A stretch of DNA of 64,000 nt from assembly GCA_050250375.1 (NCBI GenBank), contig JBFWOS010000002.1, positions 645,149 through 709,148 on the forward strand, written 5' to 3'. The translations under genes were made by a program, and so were the position numbers. Under the pieces are notes generated by a model. It did no database searches, was not told the origin of the DNA, and saw only the letters and a program-made list of their open reading frames with translations. The stretch comes from Candidatus Omnitrophota bacterium (lineage in GTDB: Bacteria; Omnitrophota; Gorgyraeia; Zapsychrales; Zapsychraceae). Each line of letters opens with the position of its first letter. The stretch's first letter is position 1. Below are positions 1-10,573 of the stretch, in pieces.

Positions 1-838
1 CTCCGCGACCGGAGGCATCAGGGGCGGTTATGTGGTAGGCATCCGATGTCCGTCCATAACCGGCCATTTCAGCAATGATTGGAGCCCCGCGTTTTTTCGC
101 GTGTTCCAACGTTTCGAGGATCGCCACACCTGCTCCTTCTGCCATCACAAACCCGTCCCGTTCTTTGTCAAAGGGCCGGGATGCACCTTGCGGGTCATCA
201 TTGCGCTGGCTTAAGGCCTTGAGCGCACAAAACCCACCGACACCAAGAATGGTTGTCGCGCTTTCCGTCCCTCCGGCTAACATGACATCGACATCACCGT
301 ATTGTAAAAAACGATAAGCATCACCGATCGCGTTGGTGGCGGTTGAACATGCGGTCGCGACACATGTGGCCGGGCCAAGAGCCCCCATTTCGATGGAAAC
401 CTGTCCGGCAGCTTCATTGATAATTATTTTTGGAATCAAATGCGGTGATAACCGGCCGGGGCCTTTTTCAATAAATTTCTGGTATTCAGATTCGGCCGTT
501 CCGATACTGCCAATGCCGGAACCGAGTAAAACACCCACCCGGTCACGGTCAACAGAATCCATGTTTAATCTTGCATTTTTGACGGCTTCGCGGCTGGCAA
601 CGGCGGCAAACTGGACGAATCGGGATAAATTTCTGGCTTCTTTCGTCGAAAAATAATTCAACGGATCGTATTCATTGATATGTCCGGAAATCCTGGAATC
701 AAATTGGCTGACATCAAAATGGGTAATGGTCGTTATCCCGCTTTTTCCGGCTTTCAGGGATTCCCAGAAACTTGCAACGTCCATACCAACGGGGGAAATG
801 ACGCCTAACCCAGTGATTACAATGCGTTTTTTTTCCAT
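1..838 (-). CDS. fabF: 3-oxoacyl-ACP synthase II, runs off the window start
   Basis: Manual translation from ATG at 838: MEKKRIVITGLGVISPVG...ATACST (catalytic Cys)...SRPFDKERDGFVMAEGAG...SDAYHITAP; follows acpP. Confidence 0.95.
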   Translation of the reverse strand, partial: MEKKRIVITGLGVISPVGMDVASFWESLKAGKSGITTITHFDVSQFDSRISGHINEYDPLNYFSTKEARNLSRFVQFAAVASREAVKNARLNMDSVDRDRVGVLLGSGIGSIGTAESEYQKFIEKGPGRLSPHLIPKIIINEAAGQVSIEMGALGPATCVATACSTATNAIGDAYRFLQYGDVDVMLAGGTESATTILGVGGFCALKALSQRNDDPQGASRPFDKERDGFVMAEGAGVAILETLEHAKKRGAPIIAEMAGYGRTSDAYHITAPDASGRG

Positions 839-853
839 ATTATTAAAGATAAG

Positions 854-875
854 GCCTCGGCGTAAAAGCCGAGGC
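854..875 (-). terminator. GC hairpin between acpP and fabF (weak terminator or mRNA-stabilising stem)
   Basis: GCCTCGGC-gtaaaa-GCCGAGGC, followed on the minus strand by CTTATCTTT. Confidence 0.5.
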
Positions 876-913
876 ACCTGTTTTAGATCTTTGGAGCGGA
901 ATCCACAAGCCGA

Positions 914-1156
914 TTACGCGCTTGCGTTTCCCTTTTCATTTATATATTTTATGGCGTCACCAACCGTCGTCATCTTTTCGGCATCTTCATCAGGGATTTC
1001 AACGCTGAACTCTTCTTCTAAGGCCATGATTAATTCAACGGTATCCAGAGAATCAGCTCCGAGGTCATCAATAAAAGATGCCTCAGGGGTAACTTCCTCT
1101 TCTTTGACCCCGAGTTGTTCAGCGATTATTGATTTTATCTTTTCTTCAACTGCCAT
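914..1156 (-). CDS. acpP: Acyl carrier protein
   Basis: [20 protein letters not shown] phosphopantetheine motif; GGAGG SD. Confidence 0.98.
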   Translation of the reverse strand: MAVEEKIKSIIAEQLGVKEEEVTPEASFIDDLGADSLDTVELIMALEEEFSVEIPDEDAEKMTTVGDAIKYINEKGNASA

Positions 1157-1189
1157 GTATATTCCTCCTTGGAAAGGTTGCTCTATAAA

Positions 1190-1930
1190 TTAAATCGCCA
1201 TCCCGCCATCGACAACGATTGTTTGTCCTGTTATATAACTGGCTTCATCAGAAGCCAGAAATAGACACGTCCCGGCGACATCGCTCGGTTTTCCGAATTT
1301 TCCTAATGGAATCTTTTTCAGTAGGTATTCCTGTGCAGAATTTTTGAGTTGAGCCGTCATATCTGTTTCAATATATCCTGGCGCTACGCTGTTTACCGTT
1401 ATTCCGCGTGAAGCAAATTCTTTGGCAACGGATTTTGTAAAGCCGATCATTCCCGCTTTACTCGCGGCGTAGTTTGCCTGTCCCGTATTGCCAATCATTC
1501 CAATGATCGAAGAAATATTGATAATTCTGCCTTTTTTTGCTTTCAACATTATTTTGGTAATGACTTTCGTACAGTTGAAAACACCTCGGAGATTGATATT
1601 CATCACATCATCCCAGTCGGATTCACTCATCCGGAGCAATAAATTATCTTTGGTAATGCCTGCGTTGTTAACTAATATATCAATGCCCCTATATTTGTCA
1701 AGAATTTTGTTAACGATTTCATTGACATTTGCAAGGTTTGTCACGTCGCAGGCAAAAGAATCGGCCTGAAGGCCTTCTTTAACAATTTCCGCACAAACCG
1801 TTCGAGCCAATTCGGCATCACGGCCCAAAATGATCACAACTGCGCCTTCAAAGGCAAAACTTCGGGCGATTTCTTTCCCGATCCCGCGGGTCGATCCGGT
1901 CACCATCACCACTTTGTTTTTAAACCGCAT
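1190..1930 (-). CDS. fabG: 3-oxoacyl-ACP reductase
   Basis: TGSTRGIG, NNAGITKD, YAASK motifs; fabG-acpP-fabF order. Confidence 0.96.
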   Translation of the reverse strand: MRFKNKVVMVTGSTRGIGKEIARSFAFEGAVVIILGRDAELARTVCAEIVKEGLQADSFACDVTNLANVNEIVNKILDKYRGIDILVNNAGITKDNLLLRMSESDWDDVMNINLRGVFNCTKVITKIMLKAKKGRIINISSIIGMIGNTGQANYAASKAGMIGFTKSVAKEFASRGITVNSVAPGYIETDMTAQLKNSAQEYLLKKIPLGKFGKPSDVAGTCLFLASDEASYITGQTIVVDGGMAI

Positions 1931-2004
1931 AAGCTCTCATTTGTTCTGCTTTAATTTATCGCTATAATATCAAGCCGTTCTTATATTTCAAGGAAAAAAA
2001 TAAA

Positions 2005-2436
2005 TTAAATATCAATGTCATTATAATTGTCCGGGGGAGTAGTCCGGGAGTGGATATGAACGGCGTTCCCCGTTTTGATCATCTCTTCCATCTTCTTTTG
2101 AACAAGGAGTTTGATTATGGACCGGGTGACCGGAATTAATAAAAAAAGTCCGATCACATCCGAGACAAAACCGGGTGTCAAAAGGACTATACCTCCGGTC
2201 AGGATCATCAGACCGTCCAGTAGTTCAGCGCTGGGTAACTGACCCCGCTCAAGGCTGGCTTTAATTTTATTGAGGACAATAAAGCCCTGCATTCTGGCCA
2301 AAGATGCTCCAACCACACCGGTTACAATAATCAGCAGGATTGTGTTGAGGGCACCGATATGACTGCCTACTTCTATTAATATCAGGAGTTCAATCGCCGG
2401 TAATACGGTAAATAGGATGATCAGATAAGGAAACAT
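2005..2436 (-). CDS. fxsA: FxsA family membrane protein
   Basis: PAIELLILIEVG and LLTPGFVSD motifs. Confidence 0.9.
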   Translation of the reverse strand: MFPYLIILFTVLPAIELLILIEVGSHIGALNTILLIIVTGVVGASLARMQGFIVLNKIKASLERGQLPSAELLDGLMILTGGIVLLTPGFVSDVIGLFLLIPVTRSIIKLLVQKKMEEMIKTGNAVHIHSRTTPPDNYNDIDI

Positions 2437-2437
2437 G

Positions 2438-2824
2438 TTAATAATCCAGATTAGGGATTAGTTGCAAGACAGATTTTTTTAAGAAATCACGTTCGTAAAA
2501 GTCCTGGTCCACCACGGTCTTGTTAAAAACGATCACATCAAGATCAATCGTCCGTGGGCCGGATTTGATTTCGGAGCGTTTCCGCTCCAGGGTCTGTTCC
2601 AATAATTTGAGGCGCTGCGTCAATTCCTCCCTGCTGAGGTCGGTTTCAATATGAACCGACCCGTTAATGAAATCATCCTGCTGGGTATAACCAATCGGTT
2701 TGGTCTGTATAAAATCGGATTCACCCAAAACCCGGAAATTCTCCCGGAGCAAAAGACGCGCTTTTTCGATATTGGCCTGCGGGTCAATGTTTGACCCCAG
2801 GCCGATGACAGCCTGGTTCTTCAT
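2438..2824 (-). CDS. folK: 6-hydroxymethyl-7,8-dihydropterin pyrophosphokinase (short form)
   Basis: IGLGSNI, QDDFING, GPRTIDLD motifs. Confidence 0.9.
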   Translation of the reverse strand: MKNQAVIGLGSNIDPQANIEKARLLLRENFRVLGESDFIQTKPIGYTQQDDFINGSVHIETDLSREELTQRLKLLEQTLERKRSEIKSGPRTIDLDVIVFNKTVVDQDFYERDFLKKSVLQLIPNLDY

Positions 2825-3174
2825 GTTCGTTTTTGAGTTAATTCAATGGAGACGCTGTCGGCAAACCTTAAGGCAAACGGTTTATCAACTTTAACGGTTG
2901 CTTCCTGAATAAGCGGGTCATCCATAATTATGGTTAACACGGTATCAGCCAGTTTTTCAATCAGGTAGAAATTGGATTGTTCAACCTTCTGTATGACTTT
3001 TTTGGTTATTTTTTTATAATCAACGGTATCTTGCAGTTTATCCGAGTCGATGGATTTCTTGGGGTCAAAATGAAGCCGGATGTTGATCACCACATCCTGT
3101 TTGTGATCACGTTCCCAGTCGTTGGCCCCGATAATGGTTCGAAGTCGGAGATTTTCGATATGAATAATAGCCAT
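2821..3174 (-). CDS. folB: Dihydroneopterin aldolase/epimerase (FolB/FolX family)
   Basis: MAIIHIENLRLRTIIG..WER..KQ..TVDY..LIEKLA..VDKP; start moved to ATG at 3174. Confidence 0.85.
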   Translation of the reverse strand: MAIIHIENLRLRTIIGANDWERDHKQDVVINIRLHFDPKKSIDSDKLQDTVDYKKITKKVIQKVEQSNFYLIEKLADTVLTIIMDDPLIQEATVKVDKPFALRFADSVSIELTQKRT

Positions 3175-3187
3175 CAGATTCCTTAGG

Positions 3188-3916
3188 TTAAAGTAAATGT
3201 TCTCCACCGTCAGCATAAATGATCTGTCCGGTGAGATAGTCATTGTCAATTAAGAATTGTATGGTTCGGGTGATATTTTGTAAAGCCCCCTTGCGTTTTA
3301 ATGGGACATTTTTGGCCAGGCGGTTGAGATATCCGGTTTCTTCTTTTTCAGGCGGAAGGATCAGCCCCGGGGCGATTCCGTTGACCCGGATCAGCGGGGC
3401 CAGCGCCGCCGCGGACATTTCCGTTAAATGAAGAAGAGTTTTTTTCGACAATAGGTACGAAAAATGTTTCGTCGAGTGTTTAACAATGTTTGTATCCAGG
3501 ATATTGATAATTTGTCCCTTTTTACATGTGTTCGCGAAGGTTTGCGTCAATAAAAACGGTGTCCGGACATGAAGGTGAAGGTTTTTCTCAAATTGGTTAA
3601 GGGTCGTGTCTTTCAGACCATCCGGTTCAAACACGGACGCATTATTAATCAAAACGGACAACCGGGGGAATGATTTCTTCACTTCACGGATCAGTTTTTT
3701 GGTTTTTTCGGCGTTATTTAAGTCGCAGGGAAAGATGCCCGCATGAGCCCCTTTCTTTTTTAATTCTTTCGAAAGATCAAGGGCCTCCTTTCGGGAACGG
3801 TTATAATGGATGGCGACATCAAAACCCATTTCCGCCAGTTTAATGCAGATGGCTTTTCCGATCCTCCGTGACCCGCCTGTGACCAAAGCACATTGATGAG
3901 AAGATTTCGTGTTCAT
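3188..3916 (-). CDS. Pteridine reductase-type SDR (FolM-like)
   Basis: TGGSRRIG, HYNRS, NNASVF, YLLSK, RVNGIAPG; in folate cluster; start uncertain. Confidence 0.85.
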   Translation of the reverse strand: MNTKSSHQCALVTGGSRRIGKAICIKLAEMGFDVAIHYNRSRKEALDLSKELKKKGAHAGIFPCDLNNAEKTKKLIREVKKSFPRLSVLINNASVFEPDGLKDTTLNQFEKNLHLHVRTPFLLTQTFANTCKKGQIINILDTNIVKHSTKHFSYLLSKKTLLHLTEMSAAALAPLIRVNGIAPGLILPPEKEETGYLNRLAKNVPLKRKGALQNITRTIQFLIDNDYLTGQIIYADGGEHLL

Positions 3917-4010
3917 AAGCATGTGAATCATAACATAGCCCCTGTTTGAAGTCAATCCGCAAACAACAGCAAAGTGTTCCATTAAAGCCATTTAGAGGAG
4001 TAATTCATCC

Positions 4011-4038
4011 TTGTGCTGGCAAACATGTATGCTATAAT
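4011..4038 (+). promoter_or_regulatory. Putative sigma70 promoter of the hisJ operon
   Basis: TTGTGC-16 nt-TATAAT with TGn extension. Confidence 0.55.
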
Positions 4039-4064
4039 ACGCCTCTAATATAAGGATTAATATC

Positions 4065-4868
4065 ATGATACCTATTAATGATTATCATATGCACACCCCT
4101 TTATGCGGCCATGCGGTCGGTTTACCGGCTGAATATGCCCGGAATGCCGTTAAAGTTGGCCTGGAGGAAATCGGGTTCTCAGACCACGCCCCGTTTGTCC
4201 ATATGGTTGATCCTGGTGTAACCATGAGCGAAGCCCAATTGCCGGAATACTATAAAATGATTGAAGAAGTCCAGCATCAATATAAAAATGAGCTAAGGAT
4301 CAAAGTGGCCATTGAAGCGGATTTTATCCCCGGCTATGAAGACAAGACGCAGGCCATTCTGAGTGATTATCCGTACGATTATGTGATTGGTTCGGTCCAT
4401 TTTATCAAGGATTGGGGTTTTGATGATCCCTCTCAACGGAATCAATGGGACGAGCAGGATGTGAATGCCGTTTATAGAGACTATTATGAACTGCTTCGTC
4501 AATGCGCAAAATCCGGGATGTACGACATCATGGCCCATTGTGATTTGGTAAAAAAGTTCGGCCATCAACCGACGGTTGACTTAATCGAAGAAATCCGGCG
4601 GACCGCCCAGGTGTTTAAAGAAACCGGGGTGGCCATTGAAATCAATACGTCCGGTTGGCGCAAGCCCTGCAAGGAACAGTATCCGGCGCTCCATTGCCTG
4701 GAGATTTATGCGGACCACCAGATCCCCTTAACCTTCGGTTCCGATGCACATGATCCAAAGGACGTCGGGGCGGATTTTACCCGGGCCCTTGATTTGGTCA
4801 AGGCCGCGGGATTTAAAGAATATGTCCTTTTCAAACAAAGAAAGATCGAACGGAGCATACAATTATGA
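4065..4868 (+). CDS. Histidinol-phosphatase, PHP/HisJ family
   Basis: DYHMHT, SDHAP, GSVH, EINTSG, GSDAH. Confidence 0.9.
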   Translation: MIPINDYHMHTPLCGHAVGLPAEYARNAVKVGLEEIGFSDHAPFVHMVDPGVTMSEAQLPEYYKMIEEVQHQYKNELRIKVAIEADFIPGYEDKTQAILSDYPYDYVIGSVHFIKDWGFDDPSQRNQWDEQDVNAVYRDYYELLRQCAKSGMYDIMAHCDLVKKFGHQPTVDLIEEIRRTAQVFKETGVAIEINTSGWRKPCKEQYPALHCLEIYADHQIPLTFGSDAHDPKDVGADFTRALDLVKAAGFKEYVLFKQRKIERSIQL

Positions 4869-5326
4869 GTCATATTTTAGGGATTGACCATGTGGCCATC
4901 AACGTCAGGAATATTGACCAGTCGGTCGAATTTTATACTCAAGTCGTCGGGTTGAAAATTACTGATCGGGAACCCTCCAAGCCGGGCATTGAATATTTCC
5001 TGGATGCGGGTCCCTCTCTGATCGGGATTATCCAGGCCGATAACCTGGACGATGAGCATCCGTTTGCGCATACAGGTTTAGGCGCCAACCATTTTTCATT
5101 CCGTGTGCATGCGGATGATTTTGAACCTTTTATTCAACGCCTGGAAAAACATCACGTACGGATCGAATACGCGAAGAAAAGACCGAAATCCTGGTCACTC
5201 TATTTTTATGACATAGATGGTAACAAAGTTGAAGCCACGTCCTGGCCGCTTGAAGATGGTCTGTCCAGTGACCGGATCAAGCTGGAAAAATATGACCCAT
5301 CTGACAAACAGTGGAAAGCTTATTAA
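4865..5326 (+). CDS. VOC (glyoxalase) family protein
   Basis: IDHVAINV..FY..VGL; HFSF; YFYDIDGNKVE. Confidence 0.88.
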   Translation: MSHILGIDHVAINVRNIDQSVEFYTQVVGLKITDREPSKPGIEYFLDAGPSLIGIIQADNLDDEHPFAHTGLGANHFSFRVHADDFEPFIQRLEKHHVRIEYAKKRPKSWSLYFYDIDGNKVEATSWPLEDGLSSDRIKLEKYDPSDKQWKAY

Positions 5327-5336
5327 CGGAGAATTA

Positions 5337-5810
5337 ATGATGACGCTGCACGAAGGTGATCAGGCCCCGGACTTTTCGTTACCTGCCAGTAATGGTGAAG
5401 AGGTGTCCCTGGGCGATTTTAGAGACAAGAACAGGGTCGTCCTCTATTTTTATCCCAAAGATGATACCCCGGGCTGCACCGTGGAAGCCTGTGGTTTTAA
5501 GGACGAGATCCATTCATTTATCTTACAAAATGCGGTCGTGATCGGTATTAGTCCGGATTCAATTAAACATCATGAGAAATTCATCATGAAATATGATCTT
5601 CCTTTTCTTTTGTTAAGTGACGAAGATAAAAAAACGTGTCAGGATTACGGGGTCTGGATTAAGAAGAGTATGTACGGACGTCAATATATGGGGGTGGACC
5701 GCAAGACCTTCCTGATTGCCAAAGACGGGACGATTGTTAAAATTTTTGATAAAGTAAAACCGAGCGGACACAACCTTGAAGTCCTCGAGGTTTTAAAAAC
5801 GGACCGATAA
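5337..5810 (+). CDS. bcp: Peroxiredoxin Q / Bcp
   Basis: LYFYPKDDTPGCTVEAC; start at ATG 5337 after GGAGA. Confidence 0.93.
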   Translation: MMTLHEGDQAPDFSLPASNGEEVSLGDFRDKNRVVLYFYPKDDTPGCTVEACGFKDEIHSFILQNAVVIGISPDSIKHHEKFIMKYDLPFLLLSDEDKKTCQDYGVWIKKSMYGRQYMGVDRKTFLIAKDGTIVKIFDKVKPSGHNLEVLEVLKTDR

Positions 5811-5813
5811 CCT

Positions 5814-7505
5814 ATGCGATTTCTCACGGCCAAATCTTCTCATTTTATTTTTGCCGCACTCTGTATCACGATTGTGTCGGGCGTCTGTTATTTTTCGACG
5901 CTTTCGGCTCCCTTTTTATGGGACGACCAATATCTGGTTGTCAATAATCCACAGATAAAAAATCCGGCCAAAAGTGAAGAATTATTTACCAGCACCATCG
6001 GGCAGGATACCATTCAGCATTCTTATTACCGGCCGCTGCAGATGTTGAGTTATATGCTCGACCATTTATTCTGGAAGGATGAACCGCTGGGGTTTCACTT
6101 GACCAATGTTTTCCTTCATGCCCTGGCCGGGATTTGTTTGATGGAATTTTTATGGATCCTGTCTCTGAGCCGGTGGACGGCGTTATACGCCGCGCTCCTT
6201 TTTGTTTCGCATCCGGTCCATACGGAAGCGGTCTCTTACATTTCCGGACGGGCGGATCCGCTGGTCGCGGTCTTCACATTCTTGACGATTGGGACGTATA
6301 TTTACTCTTGCAAGAAAAACTCGCCCATCAAATCATCCCTTCATGTTTTATTCGGATTGGCCTTTTATGTCATGGCCCTTTTATCCAAGGAACAGGCCGT
6401 GATCATTCCGTTTATGTTGATTTTGTATCATATCTCTTATAAATCCAAAATTCGCTGGGCGGCTATTATTCCGTTTTTTTTAATCACGGCCGGTTATGCG
6501 GCGGTTCGGATCCTCGGGCTTTTTTTTACGGCCGTGCAGCTGGATGCCTCTTCCGGAACAAGTTTAAGCGAACGATTACCGGGGGCTTTTGTGGCCCTAT
6601 TTTCTTATATCCGTTTGTTGCTCCTTCCGGTCAATTTACATATGGGGTACGGTCAGCAGACATTTGAGTTCGGAGATTCCCAGGTCTCGGCAGGGTTTTC
6701 CATCTTTTTGTTGATGATGATCCTTTTCTTTAAACAGCGGCGGGATTATCCGTTGATGAGTTTTGCGATCGGCTGGTTTTTACTGGGCCTGATTCCCGTC
6801 TCCAATCTGATTCCGGTCAATGCTTATATGGCGGAACATTGGCTTTATCTGCCGTCGGTCGGTTATTTTATTTTGTTCGGGATGTTTTTCGGATTTTTAT
6901 ACAAACGGATTCCCGGGAAATGGTTTATTGAAGGATTATTTTCGATCTTTTTGGTTTTTCAGATTATTCTAACCGTCCAGCAAAATCAGGTCTGGAAAGA
7001 TCCGGTGGCGCTTTATTCCAGGGTTTTGATGCATAACCCGTCTTTTGTCAAAGCACATTATAATCTGGCCAATACACTTGTCTCCCGCGGAGAATTTGAT
7101 CAGGCGATCCAGCACTATCAGGCAGCCATTCAGTCCAATCCGCGTTACGCCGATGCCCAAAACAATCTGGGGGTTGCCTATCAGAAAAAAGGCGACCTGA
7201 GCCACGCATACCGTTGTTATCTGAATGCCCTGGAAATTAATCCTCATCATGTTGACGCGAATAATAATATCGGGAATATCCTGACCCAACAAGGCCGCTA
7301 CGAAGAAGCGGCCATCTATTTTCAGAAAATTTTGAACGTAAATCCCAATTATGCGGGGGCGTATAACAATTTGGGAATCCTCTATGCCCGCCAGGGCCAA
7401 TATAAGAAAGCGGTTGAATATATCAACCGTGCGCTTGCCATCGATCCGCATTTCCAGGAAGCCCTGGATAATCTAAAAGATGTTAGCCAATATATAGAGA
7501 AGTAG
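5814..7505 (+). CDS. TMTC-like membrane glycosyltransferase (GT-C) with C-terminal TPRs
   Basis: WDD, YYRPL, HPVHTEAVSYISGRAD, SKE, AEHWLYLP, then TPR repeats. Confidence 0.8.
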   Translation: MRFLTAKSSHFIFAALCITIVSGVCYFSTLSAPFLWDDQYLVVNNPQIKNPAKSEELFTSTIGQDTIQHSYYRPLQMLSYMLDHLFWKDEPLGFHLTNVFLHALAGICLMEFLWILSLSRWTALYAALLFVSHPVHTEAVSYISGRADPLVAVFTFLTIGTYIYSCKKNSPIKSSLHVLFGLAFYVMALLSKEQAVIIPFMLILYHISYKSKIRWAAIIPFFLITAGYAAVRILGLFFTAVQLDASSGTSLSERLPGAFVALFSYIRLLLLPVNLHMGYGQQTFEFGDSQVSAGFSIFLLMMILFFKQRRDYPLMSFAIGWFLLGLIPVSNLIPVNAYMAEHWLYLPSVGYFILFGMFFGFLYKRIPGKWFIEGLFSIFLVFQIILTVQQNQVWKDPVALYSRVLMHNPSFVKAHYNLANTLVSRGEFDQAIQHYQAAIQSNPRYADAQNNLGVAYQKKGDLSHAYRCYLNALEINPHHVDANNNIGNILTQQGRYEEAAIYFQKILNVNPNYAGAYNNLGILYARQGQYKKAVEYINRALAIDPHFQEALDNLKDVSQYIEK

Positions 7506-7551
7506 AAAGTAACGTTGAGTGTGGAATTTTTTGAATGTCGGATGTTCTGAA

Positions 7552-8766
7552 TTATCCGAATTTTTTTTGGATATGCTTTTCGAGGATCACAATAAATTCG
7601 TCTTTGATATGATCCCCTTTTAAGGTAAGGGTCTTTTCACCGTTCTCGTAAACAGGCGCGACGGGTTCTTCCGATGCTCCTGGCAGGCTGATGCCGATAT
7701 CCGCATGCCGGCTCTCTCCCGGTCCGTTGACGACACATCCCATCACCGCGATCTTTAATTTTTCAACGCCGGGGTACTGCAGTTTCCAGGCAGGCATTTT
7801 CCGTTCGATATGATCGTTGATGTCCCGCGCAAGGATTTGAAAGAAATTACTGCTGGTGCGGCCGCATCCCGGGCAGCTGGTCACACTCGGCTTAAAATAA
7901 CGCATCCCCAGCGCCTGCAGGATATGTTTACAGACTTCGACCTCGCGTGAGCGCGGGACATCCGGTTGCGGGGTTAATGAGACCCGGATGGTATCGCCGA
8001 TTCCCTGCTGCAATAAAATCGCCAGGGCCGCGGCACTGGAAGCAATGCCCTGAACATTCGCACCGGCCTCGGTCAATCCGAGATGCAGGGCGTAATCACA
8101 TTGTTGGGCTAATCGAGAGTATACCGTCACCATGTCCTGAAGGATGGACATCTTCACGCTTAACACAATTTTATCCTTTTTCATTCCCAACGATTCAGCG
8201 AGCCGGGCGCTGGCCAAAGCGCTTTGAATCATGGCGTCAAACGTGACTTCTTTAAAATCCTTCGGCTCTTTTTGTCCCGCGTTTTCATCCATCAATTTAG
8301 TTAATAAATCTTGGTCTAGAGAACCCCAATTGACCCCGATACGGACCGGTTTGTCATGTTGAATCGCGATTTTAATGATCTGGGAAAAGTTCCCGTCATG
8401 GCGTTCTCCGCGTCCGACATTCCCCGGATTTATACGATATTTAGCCAGCGTACGGGCGCATTCCGGATGTTTCTGGAGCAAGGTATGTCCGTTAAAATGG
8501 AAGTCTCCGATAATGGGTGTTTTAAACCCTTTCTCACGTAGTTTTTGGATTATTTCTGGGACGCTTCGGGCCGCATCATCATCATTGACGGTCCAGCGGA
8601 CCATTTGGGAACCCGCTTCAATCAGGGAGACGGTCTGTTCAAACGTGGCCTTGATATCCGCCGTTGGGGTATCGGTCATGGACTGGACCACGACCGGAAA
8701 ATCTCCGCCTAAGGGGACATTCCCCACATGCACTGTTTGTGTTTTTCGTCTGGAAAGTTGTTCCAT
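7552..8766 (-). CDS. ispG: HMBPP synthase
   Basis: [38 protein letters not shown]. Confidence 0.97.
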   Translation of the reverse strand: MEQLSRRKTQTVHVGNVPLGGDFPVVVQSMTDTPTADIKATFEQTVSLIEAGSQMVRWTVNDDDAARSVPEIIQKLREKGFKTPIIGDFHFNGHTLLQKHPECARTLAKYRINPGNVGRGERHDGNFSQIIKIAIQHDKPVRIGVNWGSLDQDLLTKLMDENAGQKEPKDFKEVTFDAMIQSALASARLAESLGMKKDKIVLSVKMSILQDMVTVYSRLAQQCDYALHLGLTEAGANVQGIASSAAALAILLQQGIGDTIRVSLTPQPDVPRSREVEVCKHILQALGMRYFKPSVTSCPGCGRTSSNFFQILARDINDHIERKMPAWKLQYPGVEKLKIAVMGCVVNGPGESRHADIGISLPGASEEPVAPVYENGEKTLTLKGDHIKDEFIVILEKHIQKKFG

Positions 8767-8921
8767 TTGATTTATAATGGTTTATATTTATAATTACTAG
8801 CGGGTGGTTTTTGCGGTTAACCCGTTTACGGAGTTTACTAATTTAAAAATCATGCTATAATGACACAATTCTCTGGGAGAAGCAAGCCCATTTCAACCAT
8901 TACAGAATAGAGGTCTATTGA

Positions 8922-9851
8922 ATGGATATTTATCTCGCAAAAACTCAGGGGTTCTGCGCCGGCGTTTCTTTTGCCATCGATATCGTGGATGAAGCGCTCA
9001 AGCGTTACGGCGCCCCGTTGTATGTCTATCATGAAATTGTGCACAACACTTATGTCGTCAACCAGTTCCGGGGAAAAGGCGTTATTTTTGTGGAAGATAT
9101 CAATGATGTCCCTGAGGGTTCCAGGATCATATTTTCCGCTCATGGTGTTCCGCCGACAGTCATTGAACAGGCCCGCAGCCGCAAACTGAAATATGTGGAT
9201 GCCACCTGCCCTTTGGTTACCAAAGTCCATAACGAAGCTGTAAAGTTTTCCAATCATGAATATGAGACGGTTCTTATCGGGCATCGAGGTCATCAGGAAC
9301 TAATCGGCACTTCGGGATACGTTGACCCGAAATATTTGCATATTGTCGAAGATGAAGCGGAAATTGACGGACTGAAAATCGACAAACAGGCCCGGGTGGC
9401 CTATATCACCCAGACGACGTTATCCGTTGATGATACGGAAGCGATGATCGAGAAACTTAAAGACAAGTTCCCGAACCTGAATGCCCCTCCCCGTTCGGAT
9501 TTGTGTTACGCGACTCAGAACCGCCAGGATTCTGTCAAGGAGCTGGCCAAGAAATGTGATGTCATCATAATCTGTGGTTCGCCCAACAGTTCAAACAGCA
9601 ACCGTTTGCGCGAAACAGGTGAAAAAGCCGGCTGTCCCAGTTATATTATCGACACGGCGGTCGAGCTGGATTTATCCGTTCTCGTTGGTAAAAAGAAAGT
9701 CGGGATCAGTTCCGGGGCCTCGGTCCCGCGGGTCATCGTGGATGAACTGGTCCATCGGATCCAGGAAAAATTCCCGAATTCCGAAGTCCATGAGTTTGAT
9801 AATCCTGAAAAGCATATTGTTTTTGCATTGCCGAAAGAATTAAGGGATTAA
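8922..9851 (+). CDS. ispH: HMBPP reductase
   Basis: GFCAGV, SAHGV, DATCPLV, TQTTLS, CYATQNRQ, SSNSNRL. Confidence 0.97.
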   Translation: MDIYLAKTQGFCAGVSFAIDIVDEALKRYGAPLYVYHEIVHNTYVVNQFRGKGVIFVEDINDVPEGSRIIFSAHGVPPTVIEQARSRKLKYVDATCPLVTKVHNEAVKFSNHEYETVLIGHRGHQELIGTSGYVDPKYLHIVEDEAEIDGLKIDKQARVAYITQTTLSVDDTEAMIEKLKDKFPNLNAPPRSDLCYATQNRQDSVKELAKKCDVIIICGSPNSSNSNRLRETGEKAGCPSYIIDTAVELDLSVLVGKKKVGISSGASVPRVIVDELVHRIQEKFPNSEVHEFDNPEKHIVFALPKELRD

Positions 9852-9853
9852 GC

Positions 9854-10108
9854 ATGGCGAAGTTAATCATTGATAATGTTGAACACGAAATTCCGGACGG
9901 GTCCAAGATTGATGAGATCTGTGAAAATGAAGGAATTCCGTTCAGCTGTAATTCGGGGGTTTGCGGGACCTGCCAGATTGAAGTGCAGGAAGGCCGTGAA
10001 AATTTGAATGACTTAAACGATGAAGAAAATGAACTCGGTATGGACCGCAATAACCGGCTAAGCTGTCAGTGCCGTATAATAAGCGGGACCGTTAAAATAA
10101 CATATTAA
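9854..10108 (+). CDS. 2Fe-2S ferredoxin
   Basis: CNSGVCGTC...RLSCQ. Confidence 0.92.
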   Translation: MAKLIIDNVEHEIPDGSKIDEICENEGIPFSCNSGVCGTCQIEVQEGRENLNDLNDEENELGMDRNNRLSCQCRIISGTVKITY

Positions 10109-10109
10109 T

Positions 10110-10559
10110 ATGAAATTTAATCTCTCGTCAACTCCTCTGGAACATCTTAATTTAAAACAGGATCTGGCCACGGATTCTTCCGGGGCCCTTTGCTGTTTTG
10201 AAGGAATTGTCCGCGACCGCAATGATGGCCGCCGGGTGACGGCGCTCGAATATGAGGCGTATCCTGAGCTTTGTGAAAAAGAAATGCAGAAAGTTTTTCA
10301 GGAAGTTAACCAAAAATTTAAAGTAATCCGGGTCAATTGTTTTCACCGCACCGGCCGGCTTAAGGTCGGCAAGATGGCGGTTTGGGTCGGCGTGACCTCG
10401 GCCCATCGGGATGACGCTTTTAAGGCCTGCCGGTTTGTTATTGACCAATTGAAAGAGCGCCTTCCTATTTGGAAAAAGGAATATTACGTGGAAGGTGATT
10501 CCGGCTGGATCAACACTCAGAAAAATGAATTCCCGCAGGGTTCGGTGCTCAGTTCTTAA
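10110..10559 (+). CDS. moaE: Molybdopterin synthase catalytic subunit
   Basis: FEGIVR, LEYEAY, HRTG, SAHR, PIWKKE. Confidence 0.93.
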   Translation: MKFNLSSTPLEHLNLKQDLATDSSGALCCFEGIVRDRNDGRRVTALEYEAYPELCEKEMQKVFQEVNQKFKVIRVNCFHRTGRLKVGKMAVWVGVTSAHRDDAFKACRFVIDQLKERLPIWKKEYYVEGDSGWINTQKNEFPQGSVLSS

Positions 10560-10573
10560 AATTAAAAAAAATT

